From: the human T2T-CHM13v2.0 reference genome, Homo sapiens
NCBI RefSeq assembly: GCF_009914755.1
Contig: NC_060940.1
Strand: one strand, 5' to 3'
DNA: 64,000 nucleotides
The first letter of the stretch is position 1, and every line of letters starts with the position of its first letter. Made by a program: the position numbers and the translations under genes. Positions 1 to 13,931 of the stretch are shown here, one piece after another. The notes beneath the pieces are model-generated. The model searched no databases and was not told where the DNA came from. It worked only from the letters and a program-made list of their open reading frames with translations.

Positions 1-283
1 TTCGATTCCATTCAATGATGATTCCATTCAATTCCATTCAATGATTCCATTCAATTCCATACGATGATGATTCCATTTGATTTGATTCAACAGTGAGCCA
101 TTCGATTCAATTCCATGATGATTCTATTTGATTCACTTGGTTGACATTTCCATTCGGTTCCATTCGATGATGATTCCATTTGATTCCATTCAAAGATGAT
201 TCCATTCTAGCCCATTCAATCATTCCATTCGATTCTATTCAATGATGATTCCATTCATGTCGATTTGGTGATTCCATTTGACT

Positions 284-3200
284 TCATTTGATGATGATTC
301 CTTTCAAGTTCATTAGATGATTCCATTCGATTCCATTTGATGATGATCCCATTCGAGTCCATTCAGTGATTCCACTCGTTTCCATTCCATGATGATTCCA
401 TTCCATTCCATTCAATGATTCCATTCGATTCCGTTTGATGATGATTTCATTCGAGTCCATTTGATGATTCCATTTGATTCCATTCGATGATGATTCCATT
501 CGAGTCCATTCGATGATTCTATTCGAATCCATTTGATGATTTCTTTTGATTATAGTTGGTGATGATTCCATTGGAGTCCATTCAATGATTCCATTTGATT
601 CCAATCGATGGTGGTTCCATTAGAGTCCATTTAATGATTCCATTTGATTCCAGTCTCTGATGTTTACATTCGAGTCCATACGATGATTCCACTCAATTCC
701 ATATGATGATGATTCCATTCGATTCCATTCGATGATTCCATTCTATTCTATTCAAAGGTGATTCCATTCGAGTACATTAGATGATTCCATTCGATTCCAT
801 TCAATGATGATTCTATTTGTGTCCCTTAGATGATTCCACATGATTCCATTAGATGATGATACTATTTGAGCCCATCCAATGATTCCCTTCGATTCCATTC
901 GATGAGGATTCCATTCGATTCAATTCATTGGTGATTCTATTCAATTCAATTCTTTGATTCAATTCCATTCCATTCGACAATGATTCCATTCGATTTCTTT
1001 CGATGATTCCACTCAATTTCACTTGACATTGATTCCATTCGATTCCATTCAATGATTCCATTTGATTCCAGTGGATGATGATTGCCGTCGATTCCATTCG
1101 ATCACTCCATTCTGTTCCATTTGATGATGATTACATTCGATTCCATTTGATGATTCCATCTGATTCTATTCGAGGATTCCATTTGATTCCATTCGATGAT
1201 GATTCCATTCGAGTCCATTCGATGATTTCATTCGAGTACATCCAATGATTCCATTCGAGTCCATTTGATGATTCCATTTCATTCCATTTGATTATGATTC
1301 TACTAGAGTCCATTCAATGACTCCATTCGAGTCCATTCAACAGTTCCATCCGAGTCCATTCGATGATTCCATTCGATTCCATTTGATCATTCCATTCGAG
1401 TACATTTAATCATTACAGTCGAGTCCATTTGGTGATTCCACTGGATTTCTTTTGATAATGATACCATTCAATTACATTTGATGATGATCCCATTCAATTT
1501 CATTTGATGATGATTCCATTAGAGTCCATTCCATGATTTCATTCGAGTCCCTTCATTGATTCCATCCGATTTCATTTCATGATGACTCCATTCGAGTCCA
1601 TTCGATGATTCCACTCGATTCCATTAGATGATTCCATTGGAGTCCATTTGATTGTTCCATTCGATTCCATTCGATTCCTTTCGAAGATTATTCCATTTGA
1701 GTCCATTCGATGATGATTCCATTCCATTCCATTCGATGATTCCGTTTGATTCCATTCGATGATTCCCTGCGATTCCTTTCTATGATGATTCCATTCCATT
1801 CCATTCAATGATTCCATTTGAATCTATTCCATGATGATTCCTTTCGATTCCATTCGCTGATGTTTCCGTTCAATTCCATTCGATGATGATTCCATTCGAT
1901 TCCATTCATTGAGGATTCCATTGGATTCCATTCAATGATGATTCCATTCTATTCCATTCAATGATTGCATTCAATTCCATTCAATGATTATGCCATTAGA
2001 GTAAATTCAACGATTCCATTCAATACCATTCGATGATGATTCCTTTTGAGTCCATTCAATGATTTCATTCAAGTCCATTTGATGATTCCTTTCAATTCCA
2101 TTCCATGATGATTCCATTCGAGTCCATTCGATGATTCCATTCGATTGCATTCGATGATTCCATTATATTCCATTCAACGATGATTCCATTCGAGTCCATT
2201 CGATGATTCCATTAGAGTACATTTAATGATTGCTTTGTTTTCAATTCGAAGATGATTACATTGGATTCCATTCTATGATTCCATTCGATTCCATTCATTG
2301 ATGATTCCACCCAATTCCATTCGATGATGATTCCATTCGATTTCAATGATTCTACTCGATTCCATTCAATGATGATTCAATTCTATTCCGTTTGATGATT
2401 CCATTAGATTCCATTCTATGATGATTCCATTCGAGTCCATTCGAAGATTTCATTCGATTACATTCCATGACGATTCCATTCGAGTCCATTCGATGATTCC
2501 ATTTGAATCCATTCGACGATGATTCCATTTGATGCTATTCGATGATTCCATTGGATTCCATTCGATGATGATTCCATTCGACTTGATTTGATGTTTCTAT
2601 TTGAGTCCATTCGGTTATTTTATTAGACTACATTCGATGATGATTCCATTCGATGCCATTCAGTGGTTCCATTTGATTCCACTCAATGATGATTGCATTC
2701 GTGTCCATTCGATGATTCCATTTGGTTCCATTTGATGATGATTCCATTCGAGTCCATTCGATGATACCATTCAATTCCATTCGATGATCATTCCATTCGA
2801 ATCCATTTGATGATTCCACTCAATTCCATTAGATGACTCCTTTCATTCCCATTCGATGATTCCCTTCAGTTCCAATTGGATGATCTTTCCATTTGATTCA
2901 ATATGGTGACTCCATTCTATTATATTCAATGATGATTCCATTCGACTCCATTAGATGATGACTTCATTCCATTCCATTCGATTGTGATTTCATTCGATTC
3001 CATTCGAAGATGATTCCATTCGAGTCCATTCGATGATTCCATTCGATTTCATTCAACGATGATTTGATTCGTGTCCATTCGATGATTCCATTTGATTCCA
3101 CTTGATGATGATTCCATTCGAGTCCATTTGATGATTCCATTCAATTCCATTCTCCGATGACTTCTTTTGAGTCCATTCAATGCTTCCACTCGATTCCATA

Positions 3201-3938
3201 TGATGATGACTCCATTCGATGAAATTCGATGATGATTCCATTCGCTTGCATTCGATGATGATTCCACTTGAGTCCACTAGAAGATTCTATTCAATTACAT
3301 TCCAAGACGATTCCGTTCGAGTCCATTTGATGATTCCATTAGACTCCATTCGACGATGATTCCATTCGAGGTTATTCGATGATTCCATTCGATCTCATTC
3401 GATGATGATTCCATTCAACTCCATTCGATGTTTCCATTCGAGTTCATTCTATTATTCCATTAGATTCCATTCGATGATGATTCCATTCGATTCCATTTGA
3501 TGATTGCATTCTATTTCATTTGATGATGATTCCATTCGAGTCCACTCGATGATTCCATTCGAGTCCACTCGATGATTCCATTCGAGTCCATTTAATGAAT
3601 ATATTGGTTTCAATTCTATGATGATTACATTGGATTACATTCGTTGATGATTTCATTCGGTTCCATTCAATGATGATTCCATTCAATTCCTTTCAATGTT
3701 TCCATTCAATTCCATACGATGATGATTCCATTTGATTTGATTCGACAGTGGGCCATTCGATTCAATTCCATGATGATTCTATTTGATTCAATTGGTTGAC
3801 ATTTCCATTCGATTCCATTCGATGATGATTCCCTTTGATTCCGTTCAAAGATGATTCCATTCTAGCCCATTCAATCATTCCATTCGATTCTATTCAATGA
3901 TGATTCCATTCATGTCGATTTGGTGATTCCATTTGACT
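284..3938 (+). repeat. Shortened 3655-bp chimeric unit containing a divergent HSat2 segment
   Basis: Canonical to ~2280, non-canonical from ~2280 to ~3030, then rejoins the last part of the unit; a 23-bp duplication lies near 3540. Confidence 0.8.
2280..3030 (+). repeat. Divergent HSat2 segment (~750 bp), single copy in the window
   Basis: It contains words I saw only here: CCACCCAATTCC, CGGTTATTTTATTAGACTAC, CAGTTCCAATTGGATGATCTTTCC, CAATATGGTGAC. Confidence 0.75.
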
Positions 3939-6900
3939 TCATTTGATGATGATTCCTTTCAAGTTCATTAGATGATTCCATTCGATTCCATTTGATGATG
4001 ATCCCATTCGAGTCCATTCAGTGATTCCACTCGTTTCCATTCCATGATGATTCCATTCCATTCCATTCAATGATTCCATTCGATTCCGTTTGATGATGAT
4101 TTCATTCGAGTCCATTTGATGATTCCATTTCATTCCATTCGATGATGATTCCATTCGAGTCCATTTGATGATTCTATTCGAATCCATTTGATGATTTCTT
4201 TTGATTATAGTTGGTGATGATTCCATTGGAGTCCATTCAATGATTCCATTCTATTCCAATCGATGATGATTCCATTAGAGTCCATTTAATGATTCCATTT
4301 GATTCCAGTCTCTGATGATTACATTCGAGTCCATACGATGATTCCACTCAATTCCATATGATGATGATTCCATTCGATTCCATTCGATGATTCCATTCTA
4401 TTCTATTCAATGGTGATTCCATTCGATTCCATTCAATGATGATTCTATTTGTGTCCCTTAGATGATTCCACATGATTCCATTAGATGATGATACTATTTG
4501 AGCCCATCCAATGATTCCCTTCGATTCCATTCGATGAGGATTCCATTCGATTCAGTTCATTGGTGATTCTATTCAATTCAATTCTTTGATTCCATTCCAT
4601 TCCATTCGACAATGATTCCATTCGATTTCTTTCGATGATTCCACTCGATTCCACTTGACATTGATTCCCTTCGATTCCATTCAATGATTCCATTTGATTC
4701 CAGTGGATGATGATTGCCATCGATTCCATTCGATCACTCCATTCTATTCCATTTGATGATGATTACATTCGATTCCATTTGACGATTCCATCTGATTCTA
4801 TTCGAGGATTCCATTTGATTCCATTCGATGATGATTCCATTCGAGTCCATTCGATGATTTCATTCGAGTACATCCAATGATTCCATTCGAGTCCATTTGA
4901 TGATTCCATTTGATTCCATTTGATAATGATTCTACTAGAGGCCATTCAATGACTCCATTGGAGTCCATTCAACAATTCCATTCGACTCCATTTGATGATT
5001 CCATTCGATTCCATTTGATGATTCCATTCGAGTCCATTTAATCATTACAGTCGAGTCCATTTGGTGATTCCACCGGATTTCTTTTGATAATGATACCATT
5101 CAATTACATTTGATGATGATCCCATTCAATTTCATTTGATGGTGATTCCATTAGAGTCCATTCGATGATTTCATTCGAGTCCCTTCATTGATTCCATCCG
5201 ATTTCATTGGATGATGACTCCATTCGAGTCCATTCGATGATTCCACTCGATTCCATTAGATGATTCCATTGGAGTCCATTTGATTGTTCCATTCGATTCC
5301 ATTCGATTTCTTTCGAAGATTATTCCATTTGAGTCCATTCGATGATGATTCCATTTCATTCCATTCGATGATTCCGTTTGATTCCATTCGATGATTCCCT
5401 TCGATTCCTTTCTTTGATGATTCCATTCCATTCCATTCAATGATTCCATTCGAATCTATTCCATGATGATTCCTTTCGATTCCATTCGCTGATGTTTCCT
5501 TTCAATTCCATTCGATGATGATTCCATTCGATTCCATTCATTGAGGATTCCATTTGATTCCATTCAATGATGATTCCGTTCTATTCCATTCAATGATTGC
5601 ATTCAATTCCATTCAATGATTATCCCCTTAGAGTAAACTCAACGATTCCATTCAATACCATTCGATGGTGTTTCCTTTTGAGTCCATTCAATGATTTCAT
5701 TCAAGTCCATTTGATGATTCCTTTCAATTCCATTCTATGATGATTCCATTCGAGTCCATTCGATGATTCCATTCGATTGCATTCGATGATTCCATTATAT
5801 TCCAGTCAACGATGATTCCATTCGAGTCCATTCCATGATTCCATTAGAGTACATTTAATGATTGCTTTGTTTTCAATTCGAAGATGATTACATTGGATTC
5901 CATTCTATGATACCATTCGATTCCATTCAATGATGATTCCACTCAAATCCATTGGATGATTCCATTCGTGTCCATTCGGTGATTTCATTAGATTCCATTC
6001 GAGGATGATTCCATTCGATTCCATTCGATGATTCCATTCAATTCCATTCGATGATGATTCCATTCCAGTCCATATGATCATTCCATTTGATTTCATTCGA
6101 TGATGATTCCATTCTATTCCATTCGATGATGATTCCATTCGAGTCCATTCGATGATTCCATTCGAGTCCATTTAATGATTCCATTGGGTTCAATTCAATG
6201 ATGATTACATTGGATTCCGTTCTATGATTCCATTCAATTCCTTTCATTGACAATTTGATTCCATTCGATGATGATTCAATTTGAGTTCATTCGATGATTC
6301 TATTCGATTCTCTTCGATGGTGATTCAATTCTATTATATTGGATGATTCCATTCGATTCCATTTGATGTTGATTCAATTCGATTCTATTCGATGATGATT
6401 CCATTGGATTTCACTTGATGATTCTATTCGATTCCATTCAATGATGATTCACTTCTCGTCCATTGGATGATTCCATTTCATTCCATTCGATGATGATTTC
6501 CTTCGATTCCATGCGACGGTGAGCAATTCGATTCAATTCCATGATGATTCTATTTGATTCAATTAGATGATGTTTCCATTCGAATCCATTCCATGATTAT
6601 TCCATTGGATTCCATTTGGCGATGATTCCATATGAGTCAGTTCAATGATGATTCCATATGGGTCCGTTCGATGATAATTCCATTTGATTTCATTCAATGC
6701 TTCTATTCTATTCCAGTCAATGATGATTCCGTTGGAGTCCATACGATGATTCCATTTGATTTCATTTGATGATGATTCCATTCGATGATGATTACATTGG
6801 ATTCCATTCTATGATTCCATTCAATTCCATTCGTTGATGATTCGATTCCATTCAATGATGATTCCATTTGAGTTCATTCGATGATTCTATTCGATTCCGT

Positions 6901-9900
6901 TCGATGGTGATTCAATTCTATTATATTGGATGATTCCACTCGATTCCATTTGATGATTATTCCATTGGAGTCCACTTAGTGAATCCTTTAGATTCTACTC
7001 GAAGATGATTCCATTCGAGTCCATTCAATGATACCATTCAATTTCATTCGTTGATGCTTCCATTCAAGTGCATTCGATGATATCATTCGATTCCATTTGA
7101 TGATAATTCCATTTGATTCCATGCGATGATTCTATTCGATTCCATTCAATGATAATTCCATTCAATTCAGTGATTCCTCTGGACTCCATTTGATGATGAT
7201 ACCATTCAATGATTCCATTCGATTCTATTCCAAAATGATTCCATTTGAATCCATTTGATGATGATTCCATTAGATTCCATTTGATGATTCCATTCGATTG
7301 CATTTGACGATGATTCCATTCGATTCCATTTGATGATTCCATTCTATTCTATTCGATGATGATTCCATTCGATTCCATTTGATGATGATTGGATTCGATT
7401 CCATTTGATGATTTCATTTGATTCCATTCGTTAATGATTTCGATCAACTCCATTCGATGATTCCATTTGATTCCATTCGATAATGATTACATCCGAGTCC
7501 ATTCGATGATTCCATTTGAGCCCGTTCGATAATTCCATTTGAGTCCAATCAATGATTCCATTCATTTCCATTCAATGATTCCATTCGAGTCCATTTGATC
7601 ATTCCGGTAGGGTCCATTCGATGTTGATTCCATTGGAGTGCATTCGATGATTCCATTCGAGTCCATTTTATGATTTGATTCGAGTCCTTTCGATGATTCC
7701 ATTCGATTCCACTCGATGATGATTTCATTCGAGTCCATTCGACACTTCCAATCGATTCCATTTGATGTTTCCATTCGAGTCCAATTGATGATTCCATTCA
7801 ATTCCATTCGATGATGATTCCGTACGATTCCATTCTGTGATGATTCCATGTGATTGCATTCAATGATGATTCCTTTCGACTGCATTTGATTATGATTCAT
7901 TTCGTGTTCATTCTATGGTTCCACAGGTTTCCATTCGATGACGTTTCCGTTCGTGTCCATTCCATTATTCCATTCTATTTCATTTGATGATGATTCCATT
8001 CGATTCCATTCATTGGTGATTCCACTCAATTCCATTCAATGATTCCATTCCATTTCTTTCAACAATGATTCCATTACTTTCTATTCGATGATCCACTTGA
8101 TTCCATTTGGCGATGATTCCATTCGTGTCCATTCGATGATTCCATTTGATTCCATATGATGATGATTCCATTCGATTCCATACCATGATGATTCCATTCG
8201 AGTCCATTCAATGGTGATTCCATTCAATTCCATTCGATGATTCCTTCCGATTCCATTCGATGATGATGGCATTCGATTCCTTTCAATCATTCCCTTTGAT
8301 TCCATTCAAAGGTGATTTCATTCAAGTCCATTCGATAATTGCATTCGATTCCATTCTATGATGATTCCATTCGAGTCCATTTGATGATTCCATTCAATTC
8401 AAGTCAATGATGATTCCATTTAATTCCACTCGATGATTCCATTGGATTCAATTCGATGATGATTCCATTCAAATCCATTCGATAATTCAATTCAAGTCCA
8501 TTCGATGATGATTCCAATCGAATCCATTCAAAGATTCCATTCAATTCCATTCGATGATGATTCCCTTAGATTCCATTCGATGATTCCACTTGATTCCATT
8601 TACGATGATTCCATTCGATTCCATGTGATGAATCCATTCAATTCTATTCAATGATGTTTCCATTTGATTCCATTGGACCATGATTGCCTTTGATTCCATT
8701 CAATGATTCCATTCGGTTCCATTTGATGATGATTCCGTTCGATTCCATTTCATTATTCCATTTGATTCCATTGGATGAGTCCATTCGATTACATTCGATG
8801 ATTATTCCATTCGAGTGCATTAGATGATTGCATTCGAGTCCATTCGATGATTCCATTCGATTCCATTCGATGTTGATTCTGTTCAAATCCATTCGATGAT
8901 TCCACTCGATTCCATTCGATGACTCCATTTGATCCCATTCGATGATTTCCTGTGATTCCCTTTGATGATCATTCTATTTGATTCAATTCGGTGATTTCAT
9001 TTCATTCCATTCAGTGATGTTTCCATTCGACTGTATTCGATGATGATTCCATTCGACTCCATTCGATTATGATTTCATTCAATTCCATTCAATAATGATT
9101 CCCTTCGAGTCCATTCGATGATTCCATTCGATTCCATTCAACGATGATTTGATTCGTTTCCATTCGATGATTCCATTTGATTCCACTTGATGATGATTCC
9201 ATTCGAGTCCATTTGATGATTCCATTCGAGTCTATTTATGTATTATATTCGTGTCCACTTCATGATTCCATTCAATTCCATTTAATGTTGATTCCATTTG
9301 ATTCCATTTGATGATTCAGTTCGATTCCTTGCAATGATTCCCTACGATTCCTTTCTCTGATGATTCTATTCGATTCCATTCATTGATGATTTCATTCGAC
9401 TCCATTCGATGATGATTCCTTTCGATTCCATTTGACGATGTTTCCATTCGAGTCCATTCGATGATGATTCTATTCAATTCTGTTCTATTATGATTCCATT
9501 CGATTTCATTCAATGCTTCTATTTGATTCCATTCGATGATGATTCCATCTCTTTCCCTTCGATGATTCCATTTGATTCCATTCAGTGATGATTCCATTTG
9601 ATTCCATCTGATGATGATTTCACTTGATTCCTTTCAATGATGATTCAATTCAAGTCCATTCTATGATTCCATTGGAGTCCAAACGATCATTCCGTTCGAT
9701 TCCATTCAATGGTGATTCCATTCATGTCCATTCGATGAATCCATTCAATTCCATTCGATGATGACTCCATTCGAGTACATTCGATGATTCCATTTGATTC
9801 CATTTGAAGATGATTCCATTCAATTCCATTCGAAGATGATTCCATTCAATTCCATTCGATGATGATTCCGTATGAATCCATTCTCTGATTATTCCATTCG

Positions 9901-12900
9901 ATTCCATTCATTGACGATTCCATTCAATTCCATTCAATGATGATTCTCTTCTATTCCATTCGATGATTCCGGTCGATTCCATTCGATGATGATTCCATTA
10001 GATTCCATTCGATTGTTGCATTCGATTCCCTTCGATGATGATTCCTTTGAATTCCATTCGATTATCATTCCGTATGAATCCATTTGATGATTATTCCATT
10101 GGATTCCTTTCGATGATGATTCCATTCGATTCCATTTGATGATGTTTCTCTTGTATTCCATTGGATAATTCCTTTCAGTTCCCTTCGATGATTATTCTTT
10201 CCAGTCAATTCGATGATTCTATTCCATTCCCTTCGATGATGATTCCATTTCACTCCATTTGATGATTCCATTCGACTCAATTTGGGGATGATTCAATTCG
10301 ATGACATTCGATGACTCCATTCAATTTCATTTGATGATGATTACATTCGAGTCCATTTGATGATTGTATTCCTTTCCTTTTGATGATTATTCCATTCGTG
10401 TCTATTCAAAGGTTCCATTCTATTCCATTCAATGATGATTGCATTTGATTCCATTCAATGATTATGGCTATCGATTCCACTCGTTGATTCCATTTGATTC
10501 CGTTCGATGATTATTCCGTTAGATTCCATTAGAAGATTCCATTCGATTTTATTCAATGATTCCAATGGATTCCATTCAATGATGATTCCATTCGACTCCA
10601 TTCAGTGATTCCATTCGAGTCCATTTGATGATTCCATTCTTTTCCATTTGATGATGATTCCATTAGGGTCCATTCAATGATTCCATTCGAGTCCATTCGT
10701 TAATGCCTTTCGAGTCCTTTTGATCACTACATTCGAGTCCATTCAATGATTCTATTCGATTCCATTCCATGATGATTCCATTCGAGTTCATTCGATGATT
10801 GCATTCGAGTCCATTTGATGATTCCATATGATTCCATTCGACAATGATTCCATTCGTGTCCATTTGATGATTCCATTCATTTCCTATCGATGAAGATTCC
10901 ATTCAAGTGTATTCGATGATTCCATTCAAATCCATTCGATGATGATTCCATTCCAGTCCATTCGATCATTCCACTTGATTCCATTTGATGACTATTCCAT
11001 TCAAATCCATTTGATGATTCCATTCGATTCCATTCGATGTTACCATTCGAGTATATACGATGATTCCACTCGATTCCATTTGATGATTATTCCATTGGAG
11101 TCCACTTAGTGAATCCTTTAGATTCTACTGGAAGATGATTCCATTCGAGTCCATTCGATGATACCATTCAATTCCATTCGTTGATGCTTCCATTCAAGTG
11201 CATTCGATGATATCATTCGATTCCATTTGATGATAATTCCATTTGATTCCATGCGATGATTCTATTCGATTCCATTCAATGATAATTCCATTCAATTCAG
11301 TGATTCCTCTGGACTCCATTTGATGATGATTCCATTCAATGATTCCATTCGATTATATTCGAAAATGATTCCATTTGAATCCATTTGATGATGATTCCAT
11401 TGGATTCCATTTGATGATTCCATTCGATTCCATTCGATGATGATTCCATTCGATTCCTTTTGATGAATCCATTCTATTGTATTCGATGATGATTCCATTC
11501 GATTCCATTCGATGATGATTGGATTCGATTCCATTTGATGATTTCATTTGATTCCATTCGATAAGGATTTCGATCAATTCCATTCAATGATTCCATTCGA
11601 TTCCATTCGATAATGATTACATCCGAGTCCATTCGATGATTCCATTTGAGCCCGTTCGATAATTCCATTTGAGTCCAATCAATGATTCCATTCATTTCCA
11701 TTCAATGATTCCATTCGAGTCCATTTGATCATTCCGGTAGGGTCCGTTCGATGTTGATTCCATTGGAGTGCATTCGATGATTCCATTCGAGTCCATTTTA
11801 TGATTTGATTCGAGTCCTTTCGATGATTCCATTCGATTCCACTCGATGATTTCATTCGAGTCCATTCGACACTTCCAATCGATTCCATTTGATGTTTCCA
11901 TTCGATTCCAATTGATGATTCCATTCAATTCCATTCGATGATGATTCCGTACGATTCCATTCTGTGATGATTCCATGTGATTGCATTCAATGATGATTCC
12001 TTTCGATTGCATTCGATTATGATTCATTTCGTGTTCATTCTATGGTTCCACAGGTTTCCATTCGATGATGTTTCCATTCGTGTCCATTCCATTATTCCAT
12101 TCTATTCCATTTGAAGATGATTCCATTCGATTCCATTCATTGGTGATTCCACTCAATTCCATTCAATGATTCCATTCCATTTCTTTCAACAATGATTCCA
12201 TTAGTTTCTATTCGATGATCCACTTGATTCCATTTGACGATGATTCCATTCGTGTCCATTCGATGATTCCATTTGATTCCATATGATGATGATTCCATTC
12301 GATTCCATACGATGATGATTCCATTCGAGTCCATTCAATGGTGATTCCATTCAATTCCATTCGATGATTCCTTTCGATTCCATTCAATGATGATGGCATT
12401 CGATTCCTTTCGATCATTCCCTTTGATTCCATTCAAAGGTGATTTCATTCAAGTCCATTCGATAATTGCATTCGATTCCATTCTATGATGATTCCATTCG
12501 AGTCCATTTGATGATTCCATTCAATTCAAGTCAATGATGATTCCATTCGATTCCACTCGATGATTCCATTGGATTCCATTCGATGATGATTCCATTCAAA
12601 TCCATTCGATAATTCAATTCAAGTCCATTCGATGATGATTCCAATCGAATCCATTCAAAGATTCCACTCAATTCCATTCGATGATGATTCCCTTAGATTC
12701 CATCCGATGATTCCACTTGATTCCATTTACGATGATTCCATTCGATTCCATGTGATGATTCCATTCAATTCTATTCAATGATGTTTCCACTTGATTCCAT
12801 TCGAACATGATTGCCTTTGATTCCATTCAATGATTCCATACGGTTCCATTTGATGATGATTCCATTCGAGTCCATTCGATGATTCCATTAGAGTACATTT

Positions 12901-13931
12901 AATGATTGCTTTGTTTTCAATTCGAAGATGATTACATTGGATTCCATTCTATGATACCATTCGATTCCATTCAAAGATGATTCCACTCAAATCCATTGGA
13001 TGATTCCATTCGTGTCCATTCGGTGATTTCATTAGATTCCATTCGAGGATGATTCCATTCGATTCCATTCGATGATTCCATTCAATTCCATTCGATGATG
13101 ATTCCATTCCAGTCCATATGATCATTCCATTTGATTTCATTCGATGATGATTCCATTCGATTCCATTCGATGATTCCATTCAATTCCATTCTCCGATGAT
13201 TTCTTTTGAGCCCATTCAATGCTTCCACTCGATTCCATATGATGATGACTCCATTTGATGAAATTCCATGATGATTCCATTCGCTTGCATTCGATGATGA
13301 TTCCACTTGAGTCCGTTAGAAGATTCTATTCAATTACATTCCATGACGATTCTGTTCGAGTCCATTTGATGATTCCATTAGACTCCATTCGACGATGATT
13401 CCATTCGATGTTATTCGATGATGATTCCATTCAAGTCCATTCGATGTTTCCATTCGAGTTCATTCTATTATTCCATTAGATTCCATTCGATGATGATTCC
13501 ATTCGATTCCATTTCATGATTGCATTCTATTTCATTTGATGATGATTCCATTCGAGTCCATTCGATGATTCCATTCGAGTCCCTTTAATGAATCCATTGG
13601 TTTCAATTCTATGATGATTACATTGGATTCCATTCGTTGATGATTTCATTCGATTCCATTCAATGATGATTCCATTCAATTCCATTCAATGATTCCATTC
13701 AATTCCATACGATGATGATTCCATTTGATTTGATTCGACAGTGAGCCATTCGATTCAATTCCATGATGATTCTATTTGATTCAATTGGTTGACATTTCCA
13801 TTCGATTCCATTCGATGATGATTCCATTTGATTCCATTCAAAGATGATTCCATTCTAGCCCATTCAATCATTCCATTCGATTCTATTCAATGATGATTCC
13901 ATTCATGTCGATTTGGTGATTCCATTTGACT
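3939..13931 (+). repeat. 9993-bp composite unit: partial unit, 1.8-kb divergent insert, repeated internal block and a patch
   Basis: Landmarks at 7562 and 8010 recur at 11692 and 12137; 9228-11058 is non-canonical; an out-of-order block lies at 12864-13181. Confidence 0.8.
9228..11058 (+). repeat. Divergent HSat2 segment (~1.83 kb) not part of the 6112-bp unit
   Basis: It contains words not seen in canonical units: TCTATTTATGTATTATATTC, CCTTGCAATGATTCCCTACG, GTCCAAACGATC, AATTTGGGGATG, ATTATGGCTATC. Confidence 0.82.

Noticed and set aside
9228-11058. The insert as one 1.77-kb HSat2A (chr1-type) unit
   Set aside because: The length is only roughly similar (~1.83 kb) and I cannot verify identity without alignment, so it is left unassigned.
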